Assembly: GCA_021787335.1 (NCBI GenBank)
Contig: JAJYMC010000049.1
Coordinates: 14,053 to 78,052 of the forward strand
Reading direction: 5' to 3'
DNA from: Bacillota bacterium
Lineage (GTDB): Bacteria; Bacillota; Sulfobacillia; JAJYWN01; JAJZPE01
Length of the DNA: 64,000 nt
Positions 56,045 to 64,000 of this stretch are shown piece by piece. Made by a program: the position numbers and the translations under genes. How positions within the stretch are numbered: the stretch's first letter is position 1; the number at the start of each line of letters is the position of its first letter. The notes under the pieces are model-generated. The model had not been told where the DNA came from, made no database searches, and saw only the letters and a program-made list of their open reading frames with translations.

Positions 56045-56074
56045 TTCCCGCGGCGCGGCCCGGTGTGGTATAAT
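56045..56074 (+). promoter_or_regulatory. Promoter with extended -10 (TGgTATAAT) for the tyrS T-box leader
   Basis: Read directly. Confidence 0.55.
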
Positions 56075-56080
56075 AGCGCC

Positions 56081-56404
56081 AAACGATGAGGGAGAAGAGC
56101 GACCGGGCGATACGCCGTCTCAAGAGAGGCCGTGGCTGGTGCGAACGGTCCGGCGGCCGGGTCGCGTACCCTCCCGAGTTCCGCCCGAACGGCCCATCGT
56201 CTCGCCGTGCGTCGGCGCCGGCGAAGTCGGCCCGGTAGGCGCGGACGTCCGCCGGACGTTAACCCGGCTTCAAGAGGACGACGCCCGCGGGGCGGTCGCG
56301 ACGCGACCGAACTCCCTGCTAGAAGTAATTCGAGGCGGGCGCGTCAACTAGGGTGGTACCACGAAGGCCTTTCGTCCCTAAGACGGGATGAAAGGCCTAT
56401 TTGT
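56081..56404 (+). promoter_or_regulatory. T-box riboswitch leader of tyrS (Tyr UAC candidate)
   Basis: T-box sequence CAACTAGGGTGGTACCACG at 56344-56362, directly followed by terminator aggcctttc...gaaaggcct + atttgtt. AGAGA and GTGCGAA elements upstream; TAC in cgcgTACCctcc. Confidence 0.8.
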
Positions 56405-56420
56405 TCCGGGAGGGATAGAC

Positions 56421-57689
56421 ATGCCGGGAAAGAGCCGGGCGGTCGAAGCTGAAGTCAAGCGCCAGATGGAGATCATCCGCCGGGGCGCGGCCGAGATCAT
56501 CACCGAGACCGACCTGCGGGCCAAGCTGGGCAAGGCCCTTGAAGAGGGTAGGCCCCTGCGGATCAAGTTCGGCGCGGACCCGACGGCCCCCCACGTCCAC
56601 CTGGGGCACACCGTCGTCATCCGCAAGATGCGCCAGTTCCAGGACCTCGGGCATGAGGTCTGGTTCGTCATCGGCGACTTCACCGGCCGCATCGGCGACC
56701 CCAGCGGCCGCTCGGAGACGCGCCGCCAGATGACCTCCGAGGAGGTCCGGGAGAACGCCAAGACCTACGAGACCCAGATCTTCAGGCTCCTCGACCCGGC
56801 GAAGACCCGCATCGTCTTCAACAGCGAGTGGTCCGAGAAGCTCAGCTTCGCCGACGTCATCCGCCTGGCCTCGAAGTACACCGTGGCCCGGATGCTCGAG
56901 CGGGACGACTTCGCCAAGCGCCTCCACGAGGGGCTGCCGATCGGCGTCCACGAACTGCTCTACCCCTTGGCCCAAGCCCACGACTCGGTGGCGATGAAGG
57001 CCGACGTGGAGCTCGGCGGGACCGACCAGACCTTCAACTTCGTCCTCACCCGCGACATCATGCGGGAGTATGGCCTCGAACCGCAGGCCGTCTTGACCAT
57101 GCCCATCCTCGAGGGGCTCGACGGTGTGCAGAAGATGTCCAAGAGCCTGAAGAACTACATCGGCGTCGCCGAGCCGCCCAAGGAGATGTACGGCAAGACG
57201 ATGTCCATCCCGGACGCGCTCATCGCCAAGTACTTCGAACTCCTGACGGACGTGCCCGTCGCCGATGTCAAGGTGGTCGCCGCCGACATGGCCGCCGGGC
57301 GGCTCAACCCGCGCGACGCCAAGATGCGGCTCGGCCGGGAGCTGGTCGCCCGGTACCACGGCGCGGATGCCGCCGCGGCCGCCGAGGAGGAGTTCGTTCG
57401 CGTCTTCCGCCAGAAGGAACTGCCGGAAGACCTGGCCGAGCTGACCGTGAAGACCGGCGACCTGTCCGGCGGCCGCCTGACCTTTGACGACCTGGCCCGC
57501 ATCCTCAAGGACGGCGGGTTGGTGGCCAGCGCCGGGGAGTTCCGGCGGTTGGTCGAGGGCGGCGGGATCAGGGTCGGGGAGGACAAGGTGACCGGCCGCG
57601 ACTTCGCCCTCGACGCCAGCACCCTGCCCGCCGATGGTGTCGTCGTCCGGGTCGGTAAGCGGCGCTTCGCCAAGCTGCGCGTGGTCTGA
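56421..57689 (+). CDS. tyrS: Tyrosine--tRNA ligase
   Basis: HIGH (APHVHLGH) and KMSKS motifs, C-terminal S4 domain. ATG 56421 after GGGAGGGA; the tracked ORF start at 56388 lies inside the T-box terminator. Confidence 0.9.
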   Translation: MPGKSRAVEAEVKRQMEIIRRGAAEIITETDLRAKLGKALEEGRPLRIKFGADPTAPHVHLGHTVVIRKMRQFQDLGHEVWFVIGDFTGRIGDPSGRSETRRQMTSEEVRENAKTYETQIFRLLDPAKTRIVFNSEWSEKLSFADVIRLASKYTVARMLERDDFAKRLHEGLPIGVHELLYPLAQAHDSVAMKADVELGGTDQTFNFVLTRDIMREYGLEPQAVLTMPILEGLDGVQKMSKSLKNYIGVAEPPKEMYGKTMSIPDALIAKYFELLTDVPVADVKVVAADMAAGRLNPRDAKMRLGRELVARYHGADAAAAAEEEFVRVFRQKELPEDLAELTVKTGDLSGGRLTFDDLARILKDGGLVASAGEFRRLVEGGGIRVGEDKVTGRDFALDASTLPADGVVVRVGKRRFAKLRVV

Positions 57690-57725
57690 GCGGTCTGAGC
57701 GGTCTGAGCGGTCTGAGCGGTCTGA
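57681..57725 (+). repeat. Five tandem 9-bp repeats (GCGGTCTGA) beginning at the tyrS stop; each carries an in-frame TGA
   Basis: gtg gtc tga gcg gtc tga gcg gtc tga gcg gtc tga gcg gtc tga. Confidence 0.9.
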
Positions 57726-57828
57726 ACCGAAGGGCGGGCCGGAAGGCCCACGCCGAACCCTCGCACCGGAAGGCGCTCCTCGCATATGATGGAGGGCGTC
57801 CCAATCCGGTGCCGGGGGGGCTTCACAG

Positions 57829-58491
57829 ATGCGCCTGAGGAAGAGACGGGCCCGTCGCAAGGCGGGCTTTGCCCTTGTGGGCGTCCTGGTCGTCCTCGTC
57901 CTCACCGTCGCCTTCACCTTCGTCGAGCGGGCCATCGGCCCGATCATCTACGCCCTTGTCGAGGTGGAGGCGCAACAGATCGCCGTCGAGCAGATTAACC
58001 GGGTGGTGGCCGACCTGGCCGGCGACCTGCAATACCTGGACCTCTACCGCATCGAACGTGACAGTCAGGACCGCATCGTCCTGATGCAGCCGAACACGGC
58101 CCTCATCAACCGCCTGTCGGCCGAGGCCAACATCAAGATCGTCCAGGCCATGAAGCAGGTGGATGGCCACACCGTCTACATCCCCGTTGGCGCCCTCAGT
58201 GGCTCGCGACTCCTGGCCAACTGGGGTCCACGCATCCCGGTCCACATCTGGCTGACCGGCCGGGTCCAGGCCGACATCGGCGACAAGTTCGAGTCGGCCG
58301 GCGTCAACCAGACCCGCCACGTGCTCTATCTGGACACGAAAGCGGCGATGCGGATGGCCATCCCGCTGTGGACGTCGGACATCACCGTCAGCGCCTACAA
58401 CCCGTTGGCCGAGGCGATCATCGCCGGACAGGTCCCGCAGTCGTACTTGAACCTGGTCATGCCCGGGGCGAGCCCGCAGAAGGGCCCCTGA
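57829..58491 (+). CDS. yunB: YunB-like sporulation protein
   Basis: N-terminal TM anchor followed by a YunB-family profile; assignment from memory, not searched. Confidence 0.55.
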   Translation: MRLRKRRARRKAGFALVGVLVVLVLTVAFTFVERAIGPIIYALVEVEAQQIAVEQINRVVADLAGDLQYLDLYRIERDSQDRIVLMQPNTALINRLSAEANIKIVQAMKQVDGHTVYIPVGALSGSRLLANWGPRIPVHIWLTGRVQADIGDKFESAGVNQTRHVLYLDTKAAMRMAIPLWTSDITVSAYNPLAEAIIAGQVPQSYLNLVMPGASPQKGP

Positions 58492-58588
58492 CCTCAGCAA
58501 GAACCGGCCGGAATTTCGCCGGAATCTCCTTGACTCCCAAGGTAAGCCGTGCTAGTATTGGGCCAATAACCGAATAGCTGACGGATAG

Positions 58589-58797
<209 letters not shown>

Positions 58798-58827
58798 ATC
58801 TATCCATGGTGACGAGGGGGAATCCGC

Positions 58828-60072
58828 GTGTCCTATGTCAGGGGGCTCCGCTGCCGGGAGTGCGGGGCGACCTACCCGGTGAGCCCGGTCAGCATCTGTC
58901 CGGAGTGCTTCGGGCCGCTCGAGGTAGACTACAACTACGACGCCATGCGCCAGGCGATCAGCCGTTTCTCCATCGAGTCGGGGCCGGCGACGATGTGGCG
59001 CTACCGGTCGTTCCTGCCCATCGACGGGGACCGGGTGATCGACCTCGGCACCGGCTTCACGCCGCTGATCAAGGCCGACCGGTTGGGCAAGGAGCTTGGC
59101 CTGAAGCGGCTTTATGTCAAGAACGACGCGGTCAACCCGACCTACTCCTTCAAGGACCGAGTCGTCAGCGTGGCCGTCTCGAAGGCCCTCGAGTTCGGCT
59201 TCGACACGGTGGCCTGCGCCTCCACGGGCAACCTGGCCAACTCGGTGGCCGCCCACGCCGCCCGGGCCGGGCTGAAGTGCTACATCTTCATCCCAAGCGA
59301 CCTGGAGCTGGGCAAGGTCCTGGGGACGATGATCTACGAGCCCAACGTCATCACCGTCCGCGGCTCGTACGATGAGGTCAACCGGTTGTCCAGCGAGGTC
59401 GCCGACCGCTACGGATGGGCCTTCGTCAACATCAACCTGAGGACGTTCTACTCCGAGGGCTCGAAGACGCTCGCCTACGAGACCGCCGAGCAGCTCGGCT
59501 GGACCCTGCCGGGCCAGTACGTCTCGCCCATCGCCGGGGGCTCGGTGCTGACCAAGATCGCCAAAGGCTTCGGCGAACTGCTCCGCCTGGGACTCGTCCA
59601 GGGACGCGAGCCGAAGGTCTTCGGGGCGCAGGCCACCGGCTGCGCGCCGGTCGCCCGGGCCTTCAAATCCGGCGCCGACGTCATCACCCCGGTCAAGCCG
59701 AACACCATCGCCAAGTCGCTGGCCATCGGCAGCCCGGCCGACGGCGAGTACGCCATCGCCACGGTCAAGCGGGCCGGCGGTTACATCGACGACGTCAGCG
59801 ATGAGGAGATCGTCCAGGGCATGCGGCTCCTGGCGCGGACCGAGGGCGTCTTCACCGAGACGGCCGGCGGCGTGACCGTGGCCACCTTGGCCAAGCTGGC
59901 CCGGGAAGGGCGGCTGGACCCGGAGGAGGTCACCGTCGTCTACATCACCGGGAACGGCCTGAAGACGATGGAGGCCGTCGAAGGTTCGCTCGGGCAGGCG
60001 CCCGGGGCCATCGCCCCGAAGTTCGAGGAGTTCGAGGGGAGAATCCGCGCCCTGGCCGTCGCGCCGGCCTGA
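58828..60072 (+). CDS. Threonine-synthase-like PLP enzyme with N-terminal Cys4 zinc ribbon (MetM-like homocysteine synthase candidate)
   Basis: CRECG...CPEC ribbon, then fold-type II PLP core (SFKDR lysine motif, TGNLANS). Sits behind a SAM riboswitch and before a ThiS-like carrier. Confidence 0.8.
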   Translation: MSYVRGLRCRECGATYPVSPVSICPECFGPLEVDYNYDAMRQAISRFSIESGPATMWRYRSFLPIDGDRVIDLGTGFTPLIKADRLGKELGLKRLYVKNDAVNPTYSFKDRVVSVAVSKALEFGFDTVACASTGNLANSVAAHAARAGLKCYIFIPSDLELGKVLGTMIYEPNVITVRGSYDEVNRLSSEVADRYGWAFVNINLRTFYSEGSKTLAYETAEQLGWTLPGQYVSPIAGGSVLTKIAKGFGELLRLGLVQGREPKVFGAQATGCAPVARAFKSGADVITPVKPNTIAKSLAIGSPADGEYAIATVKRAGGYIDDVSDEEIVQGMRLLARTEGVFTETAGGVTVATLAKLAREGRLDPEEVTVVYITGNGLKTMEAVEGSLGQAPGAIAPKFEEFEGRIRALAVAPA

Positions 60073-60115
60073 GTCCGGCGGCCAGCGGGTGCTTCAACCA
60101 TGGGAGGGTTCCACA

Positions 60116-60435
60116 TGAGCTGTAAAGTGCGCATCCCGGCGCCGCTCCGCCGGTACACCGGCGACGCCGCCGAGCTTCATCTCGACGCGGCCACCGTCGG
60201 CGACCTGGTCAAGACGATCGAGGCCGGTCACCCCGGCTTCGCGGCCAAGGTCCTCGACGACAAGGGCCAGCTACGGCGGTTCATCAACATCTACGTCAAC
60301 CAGGAGGACATCCGGTTCGCCGGGGGGCTGGGCACGCCGCTCAAGGACGGCGACGAGGTCTCCATCATCCCGGCCATCGCCGGCGGCGACACATCGCCGG
60401 CGGCGCCGGTTGACAGCCCAGCCTGGGGCCGATAG
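60116..60435 (+). CDS. ThiS/MoaD-like sulfur-carrier protein with a 15-aa extension after the Gly-Gly (MetO/CysO/HcyS-like proprotein)
   Basis: Beta-grasp length and profile, ...EVSIIPAIAGG followed by DTSPAAPVDSPAWGR. ATG 60116 after GGGAGGG. Confidence 0.7.
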
Positions 60436-60498
60436 TATCTAGGCGGATACGAAACAGGGCCCCGTCCGGCGCGGCCGGCGGGGAAGGGAGAGAGGCAG

Positions 60499-61350
60499 AT
60501 GGCAGAGCGAAAGGCCGTGAACGGATTCGGCGGCCTGACCCCGGACCAGATTCGCCGGTACTCTCGGCATATGCTGATTCCAGAGATAGGCCCCTCCGGC
60601 CAGAAGAGGATCTCGCAAGGCAGCGCCCTCGTGGTCGGGACGGGCGGGCTCGGCGCCCCGGCCGCCTACTATCTGGCGGCGGCGGGGGTCGGCCGGCTCG
60701 GCCTCATCGACGGCGACCGGGTCGACGTGTCGAACCTCGGGCGCCAGATCCTCCACTTCACCCCCGACGTCGGCCGGCCCAAGGTCGAGTCGGCCGCGGA
60801 GAAGCTGCGCCAGCTGAACCCGGAGATCGAAGTGGTCACCCACGAGGGCCGGCTGGACTCGTCCAACGCCCTGGACCTCTTCCGGCGCTACGATGTCATC
60901 GTCGACGGCACGGACAACTTCGCCACCCGCTACCTCATCAACGACGCCTGCGTCCTGACCGGCCGCCCGTTCGTCCACGGCAGCGTCCTCCGCTTCGACG
61001 GCCAGGCCAGCACCTTCATCCCCGGGTCGGGCCCGTGTTACCGGTGCCTTTACCCGGACCCGCCGGCCCCGGGGACCGTCCCCAGCTGCCAGGAGGCCGG
61101 AGTGCTCGGCCCGGTGCCCGGGATCATCGGGACCATCCAGGCCCTCGAGGTCCTCAAGCTGCTGAGCGGGGCGGGGAAGACCCTGTCCGGCCGCCTGCTC
61201 CTCTTCGACGGGCTGACCCTCCGCTTCGAGGAGGTCAGGCTGAGGCCCGATCCCGGCTGCGCCGCCTGCGGTAAGAACCCCACCATCAAGGAACTGATCG
61301 ACTATGAACGATTCTGCGGGCTTACTCCTGACCGCGGCCCAGATGCGTGA
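60499..61350 (+). CDS. E1-like sulfur-carrier-activating enzyme (MoeB/ThiF/MoeZ family, no rhodanese domain)
   Basis: GxGxxG nucleotide motif (VVGTGGLGAPAAYYLAAAG), CxxC pair (CYRC...CAAC). Confidence 0.85.
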   Translation: MAERKAVNGFGGLTPDQIRRYSRHMLIPEIGPSGQKRISQGSALVVGTGGLGAPAAYYLAAAGVGRLGLIDGDRVDVSNLGRQILHFTPDVGRPKVESAAEKLRQLNPEIEVVTHEGRLDSSNALDLFRRYDVIVDGTDNFATRYLINDACVLTGRPFVHGSVLRFDGQASTFIPGSGPCYRCLYPDPPAPGTVPSCQEAGVLGPVPGIIGTIQALEVLKLLSGAGKTLSGRLLLFDGLTLRFEEVRLRPDPGCAACGKNPTIKELIDYERFCGLTPDRGPDA

Positions 61351-61741
61351 GATCATCGCCCACTGCCGGTCCGAAAGACCGAACGAGGCCTGCGGCCTCC
61401 TGGCCGGACGGGGCGGCCGGGTGCTGCGTGTCTACCCGGCGCGGAACGCCGAGCGCAGCCCGCAGAGTTTCCTCATCCACCCCGATGACCAGCTCAGGGC
61501 GATGTCCGAGATGGAGCGGGACGGCCTGGAGTTCACGGCCGTCTACCATTCCCACCCGACCAGCGACGCGGTCCCCTCGCACCGCGACATCCAACTGGCC
61601 ACCTACCCTGAGGCGCTCAACCTCATCGTCTCATTGAAACGTGAGCCCGTCGTCTGCCGCGCCTATCGGATCGTCGGCGGCCATCAGAGCGAGGTCCCGT
61701 TGGCCATCGAGAAGGAGGCCCCCGATGTCCGGTCGAAATGA
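61343..61741 (+). CDS. JAMM/MPN+ metalloprotease (Mec+/CysO-hydrolase-like)
   Basis: E...HSHP...S..D JAMM motif (EACGLL ... VYHSHPTSDAVPSHRD). ATG overlaps the E1 stop (ATGCGTGA). Confidence 0.8.
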   Translation: MREIIAHCRSERPNEACGLLAGRGGRVLRVYPARNAERSPQSFLIHPDDQLRAMSEMERDGLEFTAVYHSHPTSDAVPSHRDIQLATYPEALNLIVSLKREPVVCRAYRIVGGHQSEVPLAIEKEAPDVRSK

Positions 61742-63020
61742 AGCCATTGCCCGCCTCAAGGACGGCGGGTTCATAAAGCAGCGGCAGGAAGAGTACTTCG
61801 CCGTCCGGGTCCGCGTGGTCGCCGGCAATCTGGAGGCCGAACAGCTTCCCAAGGTCGCCGAGATCGCCAAGCGCTACGGGCGCGGCTACGTCAGCCTGAC
61901 CGTGCGGCAGGGCATCGAGATCCCCTGGGTCCGGCGCGAGGACCTGGAGGCCTGCAAGGCCGAACTGGTCGCGGCCGACCTGGCGGTGGCCGGCTGCGGG
62001 CCGCGCGTGCGGGCCATCGTCGGCTGCAAGGGCAGCGTCTGCCCGTACGGCCTGGTCGACACGCAGGAGCTGGTGAAGGACTGGGACACCCGTTTCTTCT
62101 CCATCTCCGGCTTCCCACACAAGTTCAAGATCGGCCTGGCGGGCTGTCCGAACTGTTGCAGCAAGCCCCAGTTCAACGACGTCGGCTTGATGGCCCGGGT
62201 CGAGCCCGGGTTGGACGCCGAACGGTGCAACGGCTGCGGGCTGTGCGTCAAGGCCTGCGGCGAAGCGGCCATCGACATGGAGGACAAGCTCCCGGTCCGT
62301 GACGCGAGGCGGTGCCTCGGTTGCGGCGACTGCGTGCGGGTCTGCCCGCGCGACGCCTGGCTCCCGGCGCGGACCGGTCTATCGCTCTTCGTCGGCGGGA
62401 AGTTCGGCCGGCACCCGCGCTACGGGCGGCGCCTGGCCGAGTTCATCCCAGCCGAGCGGGCCTTCGAGGCCATCGAGGCGGTCATGGAATACTACCGCCA
62501 GGATGGCCGCCGCGGCGAGCGGCTCTGGGATACGACCGAGAGGGCGGGGCTGGCGGGCCTGAACGAACGCCTGGCCGCCGTGGGCGGTGAGCCGAGCTTG
62601 CCGGACGCGGGTCCCATGGCGACGGTGGCGGACATTGGCAAGGCCGGTCGGGAGGTGGCGACGACGTCGGTCGGTTGTGGTCAGCGGCAGGACAAGCCCA
62701 GCGACACGGAGAACCCCAGCGCGGAGAACCCCAGCGCGGAGAAGCCCGGCGGGAAGAATCCCGTCCCCGCGGATGACACCGCCGGGGTCCCTGTCCTCGA
62801 CCTCCGGGGCGAGCTCTGCCCGTACACCTTCATCCGGACGATGATCGCCCTCGAGGATGTGCCTTCGGGCAGCCGCCTCTTCGTGCTCCTCGACGACGGC
62901 CAGCCCATCCGCGACGTGCCGCGCAGCCTGAAGGGGGCCGGACACGAGGTCCAGCGGATCACGCCCGAGGGACCGACCTTCCGCCTGCTCGTCAAGAAGG
63001 ACGGGGCGCCCCTCAAGTAG
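61725..63020 (+). CDS. Small sulfite/nitrite-reductase-like domain + 2x[4Fe-4S] ferredoxin + C-terminal TusA-like domain, fused
   Basis: NiR/SiR ferredoxin-like half domain and siroheme-type Cys cluster (CGPRVRAIVGCKGSVCPYG...GCPNCC). CNGCGLCVKACG and CLGCGDCVRVCP. TusA CPYTF motif at the C-terminus. Confidence 0.7.
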   Translation: MSGRNEAIARLKDGGFIKQRQEEYFAVRVRVVAGNLEAEQLPKVAEIAKRYGRGYVSLTVRQGIEIPWVRREDLEACKAELVAADLAVAGCGPRVRAIVGCKGSVCPYGLVDTQELVKDWDTRFFSISGFPHKFKIGLAGCPNCCSKPQFNDVGLMARVEPGLDAERCNGCGLCVKACGEAAIDMEDKLPVRDARRCLGCGDCVRVCPRDAWLPARTGLSLFVGGKFGRHPRYGRRLAEFIPAERAFEAIEAVMEYYRQDGRRGERLWDTTERAGLAGLNERLAAVGGEPSLPDAGPMATVADIGKAGREVATTSVGCGQRQDKPSDTENPSAENPSAEKPGGKNPVPADDTAGVPVLDLRGELCPYTFIRTMIALEDVPSGSRLFVLLDDGQPIRDVPRSLKGAGHEVQRITPEGPTFRLLVKKDGAPLK

Positions 63021-63071
63021 GCGAGGCCGCCGAAGCTCTCCGAAGCCAGCGAATGCCAAGGAGGAACCATC

Positions 63072-63920
63072 TTGAACCGGACTGAAGGCCTTCTGAACCG
63101 GACCGAAGGCGCCGCCAGCGCCGAACAGAGAGCCAAGGAGGCCCGCCTGCATCAGGTCCTGGCCGGACTCGGCGGGGCGGTGGTGGCCTTCTCGGGAGGG
63201 GTCGACAGCACCCTGCTCCTGTCCGAGGCCGTCGAGGTCCTCGGCGACCGGGTCCTGGCGGTGACCGCGTCGTCGGAGACCTACTTCCCCGAGGAGATCG
63301 AGGAAGCCAGGAAGCTGGCCGCGCTGATCGGCGCCAGGTTCGAGGTCATCGAGACGTCTGAACTTGAGAACGAGTCCTTCGCCGCCAACCCGTCGAACCG
63401 TTGCTACTACTGCAAGGGCGAGCTCTTCGGGAAGCTCTCCGAGATCGCCGGGCGGGCGGGGCTGGGGATGGTCCTCGACGGGACCAACGCCGACGACGTC
63501 TCCGACCACCGCCCCGGCCGCCAGGCCGCCCGGGAGATCGGCGTCAGGAGCCCGCTCCTGGAGGCCGGCCTGTCCAAGGACGACATCCGGGCCCTGTCGC
63601 GGGCCCGCGGCCTACCCAACTGGGACAAGCCCGCCCTGGCCTGCCTGGCGTCCCGTTTCCCGTACGGCACCCGGATCACCCGGCCCGAACTGGAGCGGGT
63701 GGGCGCCGCCGAACGGCATCTCCGCAGCCTTGGGTTCAACCAGCTCCGCGTGCGGAACCACGGAGAGATCGCCCGCATCGAGGTCCCCGCGCGTGACCTC
63801 GGCCGGCTCCTCGAGGTCCGGGAGCAGGTCGTCGCCAGGCTCAAGGAACTGGGTTTCCTCTACGTCACCATGGACCTTCAGGGTTACCGATCGGGGAGCA
63901 TGAACGAGGCTCTCCGCTAG
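63072..63920 (+). CDS. PP-loop ATP pyrophosphatase (LarE/COG1606-like sulfur transferase family)
   Basis: SGGVDSTLL PP-loop, conserved Cys (CYYCKGELF), C-terminal LarE-like region. Confidence 0.7.
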   Translation: MNRTEGLLNRTEGAASAEQRAKEARLHQVLAGLGGAVVAFSGGVDSTLLLSEAVEVLGDRVLAVTASSETYFPEEIEEARKLAALIGARFEVIETSELENESFAANPSNRCYYCKGELFGKLSEIAGRAGLGMVLDGTNADDVSDHRPGRQAAREIGVRSPLLEAGLSKDDIRALSRARGLPNWDKPALACLASRFPYGTRITRPELERVGAAERHLRSLGFNQLRVRNHGEIARIEVPARDLGRLLEVREQVVARLKELGFLYVTMDLQGYRSGSMNEALR

Positions 63921-64000
63921 GATTGGGGGAACTGTCGTGACCGCACCATCGCCCGTTTCAACCGGTCCGGCCGGCGCCGCCGGCCCCGCTGAGCGCGTCG

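Noticed and set aside
56397-57947. 516-aa ORF on - strand
   Set aside because: Antisense to tyrS; overlaps the T-box leader.

Overview
This 64-kb window is high-GC chromosomal DNA, by eye well above 65% in most genes. The gene content and synteny look like a spore-forming Firmicute (Bacillota) of the Symbiobacterium/Limnochordia/Thermaerobacter kind: ytxC, splB and yunB are present, as are infC-rpmI-rplT, pheS-pheT, zapA-polX-mutS2, three T-box leaders on thrS/pheS/tyrS, and a SAM-I riboswitch. Most of the window is housekeeping. It contains liv ABC transporter genes, asparaginase, an ABC-2 exporter, thrS, IF3/L35/L20, a TrmH-family methylase, pheST, an ABC-F ATPase, polX, mutS2, a class A PBP and tyrS.

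Five things stand out.

- **Single-gene low-GC island (about 41.9-45.2 kb).** It encodes a 1036-aa SF1 Upf1/DNA2-like helicase fused to a PLD-type (HKD) nuclease domain and two topoisomerase-type zinc ribbons. This is a strong candidate anti-phage defence gene, resembling the single-gene (type II) Mokosh architecture of a helicase plus a PLD nuclease. It is the most likely novel system in the window.
- **Metal/arsenic island (about 24.7-33.1 kb).** It is an acquired island with lower GC and an IS110 transposase remnant. It carries three tandem ArsD-family paralogs; the middle one has an in-frame TGA next to its conserved cysteines and a downstream hairpin, making it a selenocysteine candidate. 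It also carries a small Cys-rich protein translationally coupled to a P1B ATPase that lacks a metal-binding domain, and arsA-arsR-acr3. A 68-bp fragment of an upstream phosphoesterase gene is duplicated just before arsA.
- **ArsR-flanked Fe-S/sulfur-relay cluster.** It reads ArsR, a small wHTH protein, HdrC-like, HdrB-like (frameshifted), DsrE2-like, ArsR.
- **SAM-riboswitch-controlled sulfur-carrier cluster.** It encodes a ThrC-like PLP enzyme with an N-terminal zinc ribbon, a ThiS/MoaD-like carrier with a 15-aa extension after its Gly-Gly, an E1, a JAMM protease, a small sulfite-reductase/ferredoxin/TusA fusion and a PP-loop ATPase. This matches a protein-thiocarboxylate (MetM/MetO-type) homocysteine pathway.
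- **Other oddities.** Tandem direct-repeat arrays sit immediately upstream of the -35 box at three promoters. Five tandem in-frame stop repeats follow tyrS. infC has a non-AUG start. An orphan mini transcription unit encodes a 29-aa peptide.

Several genes carry frameshift-like disruptions or lack a canonical stop or start: patatin, HdrB-like, OsmC-like and DUF1786-like. These may be pseudogenes or assembly indels.

No rRNA, tRNA or CRISPR array was found.
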